The translations under genes were made by a program, and so were the position numbers. The notes below the pieces were generated by a model. The model was not told the origin of the DNA and searched no databases. It saw only the letters and a list, made by a program, of their open reading frames with translations. A stretch of DNA of 64,000 bases, from contig CAVQGX010000018.1 of the NCBI GenBank assembly GCA_963712115.1, positions 95,127 to 159,126 of the forward strand, in the 5' to 3' direction. This DNA is from an uncultured delta proteobacterium. Its GTDB lineage: Bacteria > Desulfobacterota > Syntrophobacteria > BM002. This document shows positions 18,636 to 28,238 of the stretch, one piece after another (within the stretch, counting starts at the first letter, position 1; every line of letters starts with the position of its first letter).

Positions 18636-20414
18636 ATGAAGCCTTCGGCCAAAGATGAAATCGTCCGCTCTCTTAGAAATCAGTTGCTCGACTTCTTTCG
18701 TCGTTACAAGCTGAGCGATCAAACCTTTCTGATCATTGTCGCGGTGATAGTAGGGTTTTTGGGCGGCCTTGGAAGCATCTTTTTTGAGAAGCTTATCGAA
18801 TTAGGCCAACATTTCTTTTTTGAGATTGTTCCCCACATAGTTGGAAACCCCAAATGGCTCATAATTCTGATTCCCGCCTTCGGAGCGGTATTTCTCGCTC
18901 CCCTCATCTACTTTTTTCCGGTTGAAGCCAAAAGTGATGGCGTTCCGGCAACCATGGAAGCTGTAGCTCTAAAGGGCGGCATCATTAAGGTGCGTACCTT
19001 CTGCACCAGGATGCTCGCCTCTGCCATTACCCTCGGGTCGGGCGGCTCAGCAGGTAAGGAAGGCCCCATCATTCAGATCGGCGCATCGATAGGCTCCGCA
19101 GTTGGCCAGTTCTTCAAAGTTTCCGGAGAGAGGATGAGGGTGATGGTGGGCTGCGGTGCCGCGGCTGGCCTTGCCGCCATATTCAACGCACCCATTGCCG
19201 GAGTGCTTTTTGCGCTAGAGGTGGTGCTCGGAGAATTCAGCGTGCATAGCTTCAGCCCCATTGTCATCTCATCGGTGGTGGCAACTGCTGTCAGCCGGGC
19301 TTGGCTGGTAGAAGGTGCTGCCCTGAAACTCCCACCCTACCAGCTGTTCAGCTACTGGGAGATTGGTTTCTATGCGCTCCTCGGCATCGCTGCCGGTGTA
19401 GTCTCTGTGTGCTTTACCAAGGCCTTGCATAAGGTTGAAGAACTGTTTCATCGTCATGCTCCGGTCAAGAGCCATTGGCAACCAATACTGGGCGGCTTGG
19501 TAGTGGGAATGATCGGTTTCTTTTTTCCTCATATTCTCGGTTGTTCATATGCACCTATCACCGAGGCTATTCAGGGTAATTTTCTGTGGAACACCTTGCT
19601 GGCCTTGCTCGTACTCAAAATAATTGCTACCGCTTTTACTCTTGGTTCCGGAGGCTCTGGCGGCATCCTCTACCCATGCCTTTTCATGGGTGCTACGCTC
19701 GGAGGTATTTTGGGTTACGCATTTAATCTTCTGGCACCCGGAATCGCCCCCTCAGCAGGTGGTTATGCCCTGGTTGGCATGGGAGCCGTGCTAGGAGCCG
19801 CGGTCCAAGCACCCATGGCCGCCATCATGATGGGCTTCGAATTAACTGGAAGTTATACCGTTATCCTCCCACTAATGACTGCCTGCGTTTTGGCCACAGT
19901 GGTTCACCGCAGAATTATGCGTCACTCAATCTACACGCAAGCTCTGGTGGATCGTGGCATCGACATCTCGGCCGCCCGGGAGATGGGGGTGCTTACCATT
20001 CTTACCGTGGCTGATGTGATGAGTCGCGAGGTGCCGAAGATTCCCAGTAACCTGCCTTATAACGAGGTGGTGCGTCTTTGCCTCACAGGGCAGGGCAATT
20101 ATCTCTACACCACCGACGAGGAGGACAACCTGGAAGGAGTCATCTCATTTCAGGACATAAAAGAATTCATCTACGATGATCAACTCAACGGGCTGGTTTT
20201 TGCCGGGGATCTGGCCAATCGCGATGTGGTGTACGTTACCCCGGACGAGACTCTGGCTTCTTCCCTGAACAAGTTCAGTTACATTGATATGGAGGAGCTC
20301 CCAGTGGTGGGTGAAGATGACGGTTTCCGTCGGCTACTGGGAATCATCACCCGAAGCGAGCTGATGAAGATTTACCGAAAAGAAATGCTAAAACGCGTTA
20401 TGATTGAATCTTAG
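18636..20414 (+). CDS. ClC-family transporter with CBS pair, variant selectivity motifs
   Basis: SDGVPA, GGSAGKEGP, GAAAGLAAIFNAP, GGILYP, SIY, CBS pair. Confidence 0.9.
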   Translation: MKPSAKDEIVRSLRNQLLDFFRRYKLSDQTFLIIVAVIVGFLGGLGSIFFEKLIELGQHFFFEIVPHIVGNPKWLIILIPAFGAVFLAPLIYFFPVEAKSDGVPATMEAVALKGGIIKVRTFCTRMLASAITLGSGGSAGKEGPIIQIGASIGSAVGQFFKVSGERMRVMVGCGAAAGLAAIFNAPIAGVLFALEVVLGEFSVHSFSPIVISSVVATAVSRAWLVEGAALKLPPYQLFSYWEIGFYALLGIAAGVVSVCFTKALHKVEELFHRHAPVKSHWQPILGGLVVGMIGFFFPHILGCSYAPITEAIQGNFLWNTLLALLVLKIIATAFTLGSGGSGGILYPCLFMGATLGGILGYAFNLLAPGIAPSAGGYALVGMGAVLGAAVQAPMAAIMMGFELTGSYTVILPLMTACVLATVVHRRIMRHSIYTQALVDRGIDISAAREMGVLTILTVADVMSREVPKIPSNLPYNEVVRLCLTGQGNYLYTTDEEDNLEGVISFQDIKEFIYDDQLNGLVFAGDLANRDVVYVTPDETLASSLNKFSYIDMEELPVVGEDDGFRRLLGIITRSELMKIYRKEMLKRVMIES

Positions 20415-20457
20415 ACGCAATACTAAATCCCACCATCCCTAGCTTAACCCAAAATTC

Positions 20458-20522
20458 ACCCATTGCTGGTTTGACCACATATGGGTAGTTTTACCCAGTT
20501 TTGGTCAAGGCATGAAATGGGT
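20458..20522. promoter_or_regulatory. Array of ACCCA-N4-TGGGT-like palindromes (candidate operator)
   Basis: ACCCATTGCTGGTT, GACCACATATGGGT, ACCCAGTTTTGGTC; 20471-20508 is itself an imperfect inverted repeat. Confidence 0.5.
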
Positions 20523-20855
20523 AAAAATTTTTGTTTACTACACCTCCGGAAAAGGTAGTCTCCTTTTGCATCCATTCTTTTTCCTTGCATCCATTGCGCT
20601 AATTATATAGATTAACAAGAAATACTCCTTTTCAGGCGCGCGCATGATGTTGTATTCCCCGGAGATGCCAGTGCAGAGATAAGTTTGTCTTGCAGCGAGA
20701 GTTACCGTTCGCAATTCATCTTCGCGTACAGTTCAGCCAGTTGTTGGCTGTACAGATGGAAAACTGGTACTCCGAAGGCGCAATACTTTCCCTTAATCAA
20801 CCTTGGATTTAAGCAAAAATTCTTGGAATAAACCCGCAAGCGCAGTGGAGAAAAC

Positions 20856-21908
20856 ATGGAGTGGGAAAGAATTATCTTGATGGTGCTCGGCATTATCGTA
20901 CTGTGCTCCTTTTTCCCCTTTTCAGTTATTTCCTTCCATAAGTACAGATTGCCCAAGAAGCGCCGCGAGTATGAACGCATACGAAGGATTTTGGGCAAGG
21001 ACAAAGATACCGGCGAGGAAGAAACATTACAGGAGCTCGTTCAAGAGGAGTACAAAGGCAGAGATTACATCCTGCCGGTATGTTTTGTTACGTTGTTTTG
21101 CGCTCTCGGGTTCTGGGTTCTTTTCTCGGACATACCACCCATAATTTTGACTGGAATTTCAGCCGGCGAGTTCGGCGATACGAGTTCAGGCGCGTTGCCC
21201 TATACCCACCTTAGTCTGGTGGCCATGGGTATGGCAATTCTCGGCAGCTATGTCTGGTCAATCCAGTATATCGCCAGGCGACTTATCAATCTGGACCTAT
21301 CGCCCGGGGCATATTACAGCATGGGGACGCGCATTATTTTTGCTACATTTGTCTCCCTGACTTTTCACCACTTCATTCAGTCAATGTATCCCGAGGCCAG
21401 GAAGGAAATGATTGAACTACTGCCTGTTATTGCATTTTTCACTGGCGTATTCCCCCAAAGTGCCACGCAATACATCCAGGAAAAACTGCTTGTGTTCAAA
21501 AAGTTGGGAAAAGGGGCACATGAGCTGTCCTTGGAGATGATCGAGGGAATGAACTTGTTCCACAGAGTGCGACTGTCCGAGGTGGGCATCGACAATGCGC
21601 AAAATCTCGCTGAGGCTAATTTAGAGGAACTGATTCGGAAAACATCTTTTAACCCCCGACTGCTACTTGATTGGATCGCCCAGGCCAAGCTGTATGTAAT
21701 TGTCAAGGATCAGATCAGCAGCCTGCGGAGGGTGGGCGTCAGAACAGTCCTGGACTTTCAAGCAGCCGGGGCAGAAAACGGGCTTTCAACCCTGGCCCAG
21801 CTATCTGAGATGTCCCAAGAGCAGCTAGCTACCGTGCACCGGGTGATCAGCGAAGATCCAGACGTGGATACCATAGCCAGAGCGCGGAAAAATCTGAGTG
21901 AAAGTTGA
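20856..21908 (+). CDS. Uncharacterised membrane protein (~5 TM) with C-terminal HhH-like cytoplasmic domain
   Basis: Hydrophobic helices, then IEGMNLFHRVRLSEVGIDNAQNLA and LRRVGVRTVLDF HhH-like repeats; GGAG RBS. Confidence 0.75.
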   Translation: MEWERIILMVLGIIVLCSFFPFSVISFHKYRLPKKRREYERIRRILGKDKDTGEEETLQELVQEEYKGRDYILPVCFVTLFCALGFWVLFSDIPPIILTGISAGEFGDTSSGALPYTHLSLVAMGMAILGSYVWSIQYIARRLINLDLSPGAYYSMGTRIIFATFVSLTFHHFIQSMYPEARKEMIELLPVIAFFTGVFPQSATQYIQEKLLVFKKLGKGAHELSLEMIEGMNLFHRVRLSEVGIDNAQNLAEANLEELIRKTSFNPRLLLDWIAQAKLYVIVKDQISSLRRVGVRTVLDFQAAGAENGLSTLAQLSEMSQEQLATVHRVISEDPDVDTIARARKNLSES

Positions 21909-21942
21909 GGCTGGAGAACGCTCCGCGCTAAAGGAGGCAAAG

Positions 21943-23238
21943 ATGCTAATATTTATTAGCGATTTGCATTTCATCGATGGTACAGCCGGTGAACATAATG
22001 TTCCAACTGATGCTTTCAAGATTTTTTTTGAGGATATTGCCGGAACGGTAGACTGGTTAAGCCGCGATGGTCGCAAGATAGAAGAGATTAAACTTATTTT
22101 TTTGGGTGATACGTTCGATTTATTGAGAACAGAGATGTGGTTTGACTATCCAGAGACTGAACGGCCTTGGGGAAATAACGAGGCAAAAATCGAGATGAAC
22201 GGCAACACCATATTTGACGCTATTATCAATAAAAATCAAGCTACCTTTGAATTGTTGAGCGGTCAATTGAAAGATGAATTCGGTCTTCCGGTTGAGCCGG
22301 AGAGAATTTACCTTCCTGGTAACCACGACCGGTTATGCAACAAATATCAAAGCTTGCGTGACAAGGTGTGCAAAAGTATGGGTATACCTCTTCGCACAAC
22401 ACCCTTTGACCACCATTTTCAGGACGTGGAGTATGCTGTCTTTGCAAGGCATGGTCACGAATATGACAAATTCAACTATGAAGGAAGCATTTCTTATGAT
22501 TACCAAGATTACATGAGAGTACCAATTGGTGATCCAATTACCACCGAGCTGGTGGCAAAGCTGCCGTGGAAGATCATGCAGAACAAAAAGATCAAAAAGT
22601 TGCCGAAAAAAGAGCGAGAAACATTAAGAAGAAATTTTCAAGACATAGAAAACGTAAGACCCTTCTCGGCTGTGATTGAATGGCTCCTGTATCAGGTCAA
22701 AAAGAGCCTCAGATTGAAAGATGTCATTGAAGACTCGGTTGATGAAGTCATAGAAGAATTTGAGCGACTAAAATTCGTAAACCAGTGGTACAAACATCAT
22801 GACAAGTGGAACGATTTCTTGGATGAGGCAGACAGAATCCAATCTGTGTTGTTTCTCCTTAAGAAATTTAAGGTCTTCCCTATGGAAAAACTAATCCCTT
22901 ACTTGGCGAGGGTGAACAGTCGTTTTGCCGAAGATGACAATCTCAAAGCAGCAGCAGATGAATATGCGCATCTGGATAATCAGATAAGATACATAGTATA
23001 CGGGCACACCCACGAGGCCAAACAGGTGGCCATACGAGTCAGAGAAGACCCTAGAGAACCTAAAGAACAAGTGTATCTGAACACTGGCACTTGGCGGACA
23101 AGATACTACAAGACTACGGAGGGTTTGGGTTTTATAGGTTGGAAAAATCTCTCCTACGTTTCTTTCTTCAAAAAAGAAGAAAGGCGGACAGATGTTCCCA
23201 TTTTTGAAACGTGGACGGGAACTTTGAAGAAAGTATGA
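21943..23238 (+). CDS. Calcineurin-like metallophosphoesterase with large helical insert
   Basis: SDLH, GDTFD, GNHD, HGH, GHTH, YLNTGTW; AAGGAGG RBS before ATG 21943. Confidence 0.88.
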   Translation: MLIFISDLHFIDGTAGEHNVPTDAFKIFFEDIAGTVDWLSRDGRKIEEIKLIFLGDTFDLLRTEMWFDYPETERPWGNNEAKIEMNGNTIFDAIINKNQATFELLSGQLKDEFGLPVEPERIYLPGNHDRLCNKYQSLRDKVCKSMGIPLRTTPFDHHFQDVEYAVFARHGHEYDKFNYEGSISYDYQDYMRVPIGDPITTELVAKLPWKIMQNKKIKKLPKKERETLRRNFQDIENVRPFSAVIEWLLYQVKKSLRLKDVIEDSVDEVIEEFERLKFVNQWYKHHDKWNDFLDEADRIQSVLFLLKKFKVFPMEKLIPYLARVNSRFAEDDNLKAAADEYAHLDNQIRYIVYGHTHEAKQVAIRVREDPREPKEQVYLNTGTWRTRYYKTTEGLGFIGWKNLSYVSFFKKEERRTDVPIFETWTGTLKKV

Positions 23239-23318
23239 GCCCAAAATTACCACACCACAAGCAAACATTCGAAGAAAACTTGATGTAAAACAAGTTCTAT
23301 GCAGGAGTGGAGGACTCT

Positions 23319-25106
23319 ATGCCTGTTACAGCAGACATAGTTATGTGGGGGATACGGGCGGGTATCAGGTTGGCCCAACAGGGCAGACAGGCCTATGTTG
23401 AAGTCACCATAAACCGGGAGTTGACCTTACCTTTGCCCAACTACAATCCGAAGGTGTCTGTGGGCACCGCCGAGGGATATTTCAGCGGTGCCGGAAAGAG
23501 GCGCCTTAAAGAGAATGCCAGGCTCAAGGAGCTCTACGAGATCTCCATGTCTGTGGACCGGCAGCTAAAGGAGAAAGAGAAAAAAGAGTTCATTGAACTC
23601 TATGTCGATTTTAAACGCGAGGAAGAGATCAAATCGGGTGTGATCACTGGTGACGAGCTAGGCCTCTCCACAGAGGCCCTCCTCTCCCTGGTAACCGTTC
23701 GCCAGTGGGCAGCCAAAAAGACTCCTTTCGCTTCCGTCTACCAAAGAATTATTGGCACACTCATCGACATCGGCGTAGATTATTTCGCCAACACCCCCGG
23801 GGCCATTGAGGAAAAATCATCATCAGGGAGGGTGATTAAGGGATTCCTGCAATCCATAGATGAGCTCAATTTTGCTGAAGAAAAAGTTGATCAACTGGCT
23901 AAGAACTTGTTCATTGCGACCTTAGAGACCATTGAGGAAAATCCAGACCTGCTGGGCGGGGACGAAAAGACCGAGCAACTGGTGGAGGCGGTTGCTAAGG
24001 GCTTGATCAGGGATGCTCGAAAACTCACTGAAGATCTGGCCAGCCGAGATCTTGCCAAGCAGGAAAGGATTCACGACTGGGCAAATCTGGTTTTCCGAAG
24101 TCTGTTGAGCAATGCAGGACACATGGTGCTCGCCAATCCCAGCACCTACCTGTCCGTAGACGACACTGCGGCTCAAGCCTTAATTGCTGCCGTAGGAACA
24201 TCTGTTCTCGACACTATTATCACGGAAGACTCTATAGATCTCTCTGGGCTCTTGAGCCGGGAGGGACTGGACGCAGTCATGAGCGCAGCCCTCTTCACCC
24301 TGGCCGAGAATCCCTCTATAATGGGTGTAGATCACCAGGGACTGAGGAAGCTCCTCTCTCAAATCGCCCAGGATCTTGCCCAATCATCGCTCCTGCTGAA
24401 CCCAGACATCATTCCTGAAATGATGCGACTGATTCTTGAAAGAACTGCAGCTCATGCTGATCTCCTCTGGCCAGATGAATTCCGGCAACCCGACAAGCAC
24501 CTGCTGATAACCGCCTCTCGAGAACTTCTCAACCAGCTGGCAAAACCTCCGGCCCCAGGGGATACTTGGAAACCGAATCTTACCAAGAGCCAGATTCTTG
24601 GCATAGTTGAAACAGTCTTGGATGAAGTAGTCCAAAATCCTGAATGGCTGGTGAAAGCATCTGAGAGTGAGAATGTTATTTTGGCGGATGTGGTCGAATC
24701 TGTTATGGCGGTATTACGAAAAGTACCGGCTAACCGGCTGAGCGGTGAAACAGGTGTGGAGGTGCTGAAATCTGCAATCAAGGCGGTGGCCCTGAGAAAA
24801 GATTTTGTTGAGAAAATAACTGTGGATGGAGCTCAGCAACGAGCGATTTCGGCTGCCCTTGAGAGGTTGATAGATGCGTGTCTAACAGATGGGGTAGATC
24901 CGCAAGCCCGATGGACTCTGGCCAGGGGTGAGGTATTCAGCCTGATTGCCGAAACCGCCCTAACCAAACTGGCAGAAACGGGGATATCGGAAACGAACCT
25001 CGGCACAGTGGAAAAGTTCATCCGGGAAACCGCCGAGGATCTCGCCTCGGGAAGACCCTGGGAGCTGCAGCGGTTGATTGAAAAGATCAACAGTTTAGCT
25101 GTTTGA
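23319..25106 (+). CDS. Hypothetical 595-aa acidic, Leu/Ala-rich helical protein
   Basis: Long ORF, GGAGGA RBS, no recognisable motif. Confidence 0.8.
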   Translation: MPVTADIVMWGIRAGIRLAQQGRQAYVEVTINRELTLPLPNYNPKVSVGTAEGYFSGAGKRRLKENARLKELYEISMSVDRQLKEKEKKEFIELYVDFKREEEIKSGVITGDELGLSTEALLSLVTVRQWAAKKTPFASVYQRIIGTLIDIGVDYFANTPGAIEEKSSSGRVIKGFLQSIDELNFAEEKVDQLAKNLFIATLETIEENPDLLGGDEKTEQLVEAVAKGLIRDARKLTEDLASRDLAKQERIHDWANLVFRSLLSNAGHMVLANPSTYLSVDDTAAQALIAAVGTSVLDTIITEDSIDLSGLLSREGLDAVMSAALFTLAENPSIMGVDHQGLRKLLSQIAQDLAQSSLLLNPDIIPEMMRLILERTAAHADLLWPDEFRQPDKHLLITASRELLNQLAKPPAPGDTWKPNLTKSQILGIVETVLDEVVQNPEWLVKASESENVILADVVESVMAVLRKVPANRLSGETGVEVLKSAIKAVALRKDFVEKITVDGAQQRAISAALERLIDACLTDGVDPQARWTLARGEVFSLIAETALTKLAETGISETNLGTVEKFIRETAEDLASGRPWELQRLIEKINSLAV

Positions 25107-25129
25107 TCTTTTAAAAGGAGGCCAGGTCA

Positions 25130-25936
25130 ATGATTTTCTATTTGCCATTGAAGTCGAAGAGCAAGGTTTTTGTTCTCCTTTTGGTATGGATCGCCATAGC
25201 GGCGTGTGTATCTCACGTAAAGGAACTGCGGGAAGCTCAGAGTCAATTTAGCCAGGCAGCGTCCTTGGAAAATGAGCTCCAAATTGATATGGAAGCCGGC
25301 GATGCCATTGCCATGAGCACTATGGTAACGAGCTCCTACCGACAAACGGTGAAGATACTTTCGGATCTACTCGATAGCAAAAGACAACCATTGCAGGAAG
25401 ACGGCCTCCTCGGAACCGCCTATACCCTGAAGGCGTATGCTGAATGGAGACTGGGTGATTACGAAACGGCGGTTGCCACATCGTCAGCGGCTTTGGAGGC
25501 AAAACTGTTTCCCCGCGACCTGGCCTTGATCACGGCTCTCCGAGGTCTCATAAAGAATGATCAGGCGTACTATCACATGCAAGAAAAGGACTACGCCTAC
25601 AGGGATATCAAAATACTTCTCGAGGAAGCCCTGGAGGATATCACGAAGGGTCTGGCAACAGCCGGTAAAGAGGAGAATATTCGTATCTACCTCCTCTTAT
25701 CTGAACTCATCGTTTTGAAAAACTGGACCGACCTTCGAGGTGAGCCGCGAAAGTTTGCCCGGGAGATTCCAACAAATTTTAGTAAACCGGCTGAAATTTC
25801 AGCTTGGTGCAGAAGTGCTCAACCGGTGTGGGCCATGTTCCAGGAGGAAGTGAAGAGGCTCAGGCCGGATGAGGCCCCGGCATTGATCCAAGACTGGAGC
25901 AGGAAACTCGCTGTGAAGGAGACATGTTCGAATTAG
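25130..25936 (+). CDS. Hypothetical lipoprotein, TPR-like helical
   Basis: AAGGAGG RBS; basic n-region, hydrophobic h-region, lipobox IAAC; AYTLKAYAEWRLGDY TPR-like helix. Confidence 0.75.
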   Translation: MIFYLPLKSKSKVFVLLLVWIAIAACVSHVKELREAQSQFSQAASLENELQIDMEAGDAIAMSTMVTSSYRQTVKILSDLLDSKRQPLQEDGLLGTAYTLKAYAEWRLGDYETAVATSSAALEAKLFPRDLALITALRGLIKNDQAYYHMQEKDYAYRDIKILLEEALEDITKGLATAGKEENIRIYLLLSELIVLKNWTDLRGEPRKFAREIPTNFSKPAEISAWCRSAQPVWAMFQEEVKRLRPDEAPALIQDWSRKLAVKETCSN

Positions 25937-26028
25937 AGGAAATTATAATTTGTGGCAGAAGAGACACGCGGCAACTACTCTGTTCAGAACAGTAAAGCTC
26001 TTGGATAAACAAATAGGGGAGAAAAAAG

Positions 26029-27021
26029 ATGCCGAAAAAAGCCGATGCCGTCTTTGAAGGTGGTGGGGTGAAGGGTATCGGGCTGGTAGGAGCAGTAGCT
26101 GAAATTGAGAAGGCAGGGTACGTTTTTGAAAACCTGGCGGGAACGTCAGCCGGCGCCATTGTATCTTCACTTCTTGCAGTGGGTTACAGTGCAGGGGAAA
26201 TTAAAAAAGAGCTTGAACAGCTCAACTACAACGACTTCAAAGACGAGGGCTTTTTGGATAAGCTTGGCTTCTTCGGCAAGAGCTTGAGCATTGGCTTTGA
26301 GTATGGGATCTACGAGGGGGAGATCTTTGAAAACTGGCTCGAGGGATTACTGGTGGCTAAAGGGAAGACCACCTTTGGGCAGATAAAGACGAAGTACAAG
26401 GAAGACAAGTATAAATACAAATTTCAGGCTATCGCAGCCGATATTACCGATAGGCGACTCCTTGTCCTTCCTAACGATTTGAAGTTATTTGGCATTAATC
26501 CCGATGAATTCAGCATCTCCCGCGCGGTGAGGATGAGTATGAGCATTCCCTTTTTCTTTGAACCAGTGGAGTTTCGAGACCCCAGCGGCAGAAAACATTT
26601 CATTGTGGATGGTGGACTTTTGAGCAACTATCCAATTTGGCTCTTGGATGACGGCACAGGCGATCCGCCCTGGCCCACCTTCGGGTTCAAACTCATGGAA
26701 CCGGACAAGAGAGAATTAAAGGAAGCCAAGAGAAATCCCATTAACAACCCTATAAGCTTTCTCAAGGCTATTGTGGGGACTATGTTAGACGCCCACGACA
26801 ACTACCATATCTCTAAGTCAAAGGGCGACTTCGACAGGACAATTGGTATACCAACAATAGTAACGGTTAATGGTACCGAGAAAGAAATAGGAACCACAGA
26901 CTTCAACATAACTCAGGAAGAAAGCCAGGCGCTGTTTGAGAACGGGGTGAAAGCTGCCCAGCAATTTCTCAAGAAATGGGATTTTGAAAAGTGGAAGAAG
27001 AAATACAGGCGGAAGAAGTAA
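26029..27021 (+). CDS. Patatin-like phospholipase
   Basis: EGGGVKG oxyanion loop, GTSAG nucleophile elbow, SMSIPFFF, VDGG catalytic Asp. Confidence 0.93.
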   Translation: MPKKADAVFEGGGVKGIGLVGAVAEIEKAGYVFENLAGTSAGAIVSSLLAVGYSAGEIKKELEQLNYNDFKDEGFLDKLGFFGKSLSIGFEYGIYEGEIFENWLEGLLVAKGKTTFGQIKTKYKEDKYKYKFQAIAADITDRRLLVLPNDLKLFGINPDEFSISRAVRMSMSIPFFFEPVEFRDPSGRKHFIVDGGLLSNYPIWLLDDGTGDPPWPTFGFKLMEPDKRELKEAKRNPINNPISFLKAIVGTMLDAHDNYHISKSKGDFDRTIGIPTIVTVNGTEKEIGTTDFNITQEESQALFENGVKAAQQFLKKWDFEKWKKKYRRKK

Positions 27022-27031
27022 AGACTAATGC

Positions 27032-27084
27032 TAGCCCGGATGTTTCATGGTCTCGCGACAGCAATTCATGAAACATCCGGGCTA
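27032..27084. mobile_element. MITE family A, minimal copy (also a likely bidirectional terminator)
   Basis: Perfect 18-bp IR TAGCCCGGATGTTTCATG/CATGAAACATCCGGGCTA between convergent genes. Confidence 0.8.
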
Positions 27085-27541
27085 AATCAGCTCAAAAATA
27101 CGACCAATTGCTTCTTTAGCAGTTGTCAACGTAGTGGACACCGCGAAGATTAGGAATTGTTTTGAGGCCAACTATCGGTTTGCCGATCTTAAGGCCGTGG
27201 CCGATCTCTGACAGGGTGCCGGCGCCGCCAGACACTGCCACCAGGCCGTCGGCGGTGTGAGCTATGATAACATTTCGAGCCTGACCCATGTCCGTGGCGA
27301 CTGGTATCTTGATGTATGGATTAGCACTATTGCATGAAGGCCCTGGTAATATGCCAACCGTGAGACCGCCAGCCATGGATGCGCCTTTGGCGGCGGCTTC
27401 CATGACTCCACCCAAACCACCGCAAACTAGGATTGCACCTCTTTTGGCAATCTCTTCACCAACCTCCAGAGCAAGTTGATAAATGGAGCTCTCACACTGT
27501 CCAGCACCGATAACTGCAATAATTGGTGGAGACTGGCTCAT
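27082..27541 (-). CDS. TIGR00725/LOG-family nucleotide-binding protein; 1-base frameshift near 27126
   Basis: IAVIG, CGGLGGVMEA, GILPG, GQARN, GGAGTLSE; removing one base turns the end YVDNC* into YVDTAKEAIGRIFELI*. Confidence 0.85.
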
Positions 27542-27547
27542 GAGAAC

Positions 27548-28189
27548 TTACTCCTTCCAGCCGTGCGTGCCCAGTAAATTGACAAAGCGGCAACCACCCA
27601 GATCAATTTTGGTAATTCCTTCCTTTACTCGGACAATTTTCATAAGCGCTTGAGTGTACCGATCTCCCACGGGGACGACCAGCCTTCCCCCCATAGCCAG
27701 TTGGTCCACTAGAGGTTGCGGAACGTCCGGAGACCCTGCAGTTACCATGATTGCATCAAAAGGTGCTTCCTCCTTCAGGCCGAGAGTACCGTCCCCCACC
27801 TTAAGGACCACGTTGAAGTACCCTAGATCGTCCAGGATGCGCTGCGCCCTGGCTGATAGGGTGCGGATGCGTTCAATGGAATAGATTTTCTCAGCGAGTT
27901 CTGCTAGGATTGCCGTCTGGTAGCCAGAGCCCGTGCCGATTTCCAAGACCCTCTCTTGTCCCTGCAGTTCCAGGGCTTCCGTCATCAGTGCAACCATGTA
28001 GGGCTGGGAGATCGTTTGTTTCTCGCCAATGGGAAGGGGATGATCATTGTAGGCTTGGCTGACGAGAGCTTCTTCGACGAAACGGTGGCGGGGAACTTTT
28101 CGCATAGTGTCCAGAACGCGGGCATCTTTAATGCCACGGCTGATAAGCTGGCTTTCCACCATGCGGTTGCGAGCTGTGGCATACTCCAT
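27548..28189 (-). CDS. pcm: Protein-L-isoaspartate O-methyltransferase
   Basis: [43 protein letters not shown]. Confidence 0.96.
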   Translation of the reverse strand: MEYATARNRMVESQLISRGIKDARVLDTMRKVPRHRFVEEALVSQAYNDHPLPIGEKQTISQPYMVALMTEALELQGQERVLEIGTGSGYQTAILAELAEKIYSIERIRTLSARAQRILDDLGYFNVVLKVGDGTLGLKEEAPFDAIMVTAGSPDVPQPLVDQLAMGGRLVVPVGDRYTQALMKIVRVKEGITKIDLGGCRFVNLLGTHGWKE

Positions 28190-28238
28190 CTAACCCTCCC
28201 CACGGGTCAAACTGCCCGTGGATTAAGGTAGATTAGCC

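Noticed and set aside
20765-20780. sigma54 site TGGTACTCCGAAGGC
   Set aside because: Spacing fits but the TT before GC is missing; too weak to call
20856-27021. CBASS assignment based on the patatin
   Set aside because: No CD-NTase, E1/E2, JAB or HORMA motifs; patatin alone is insufficient
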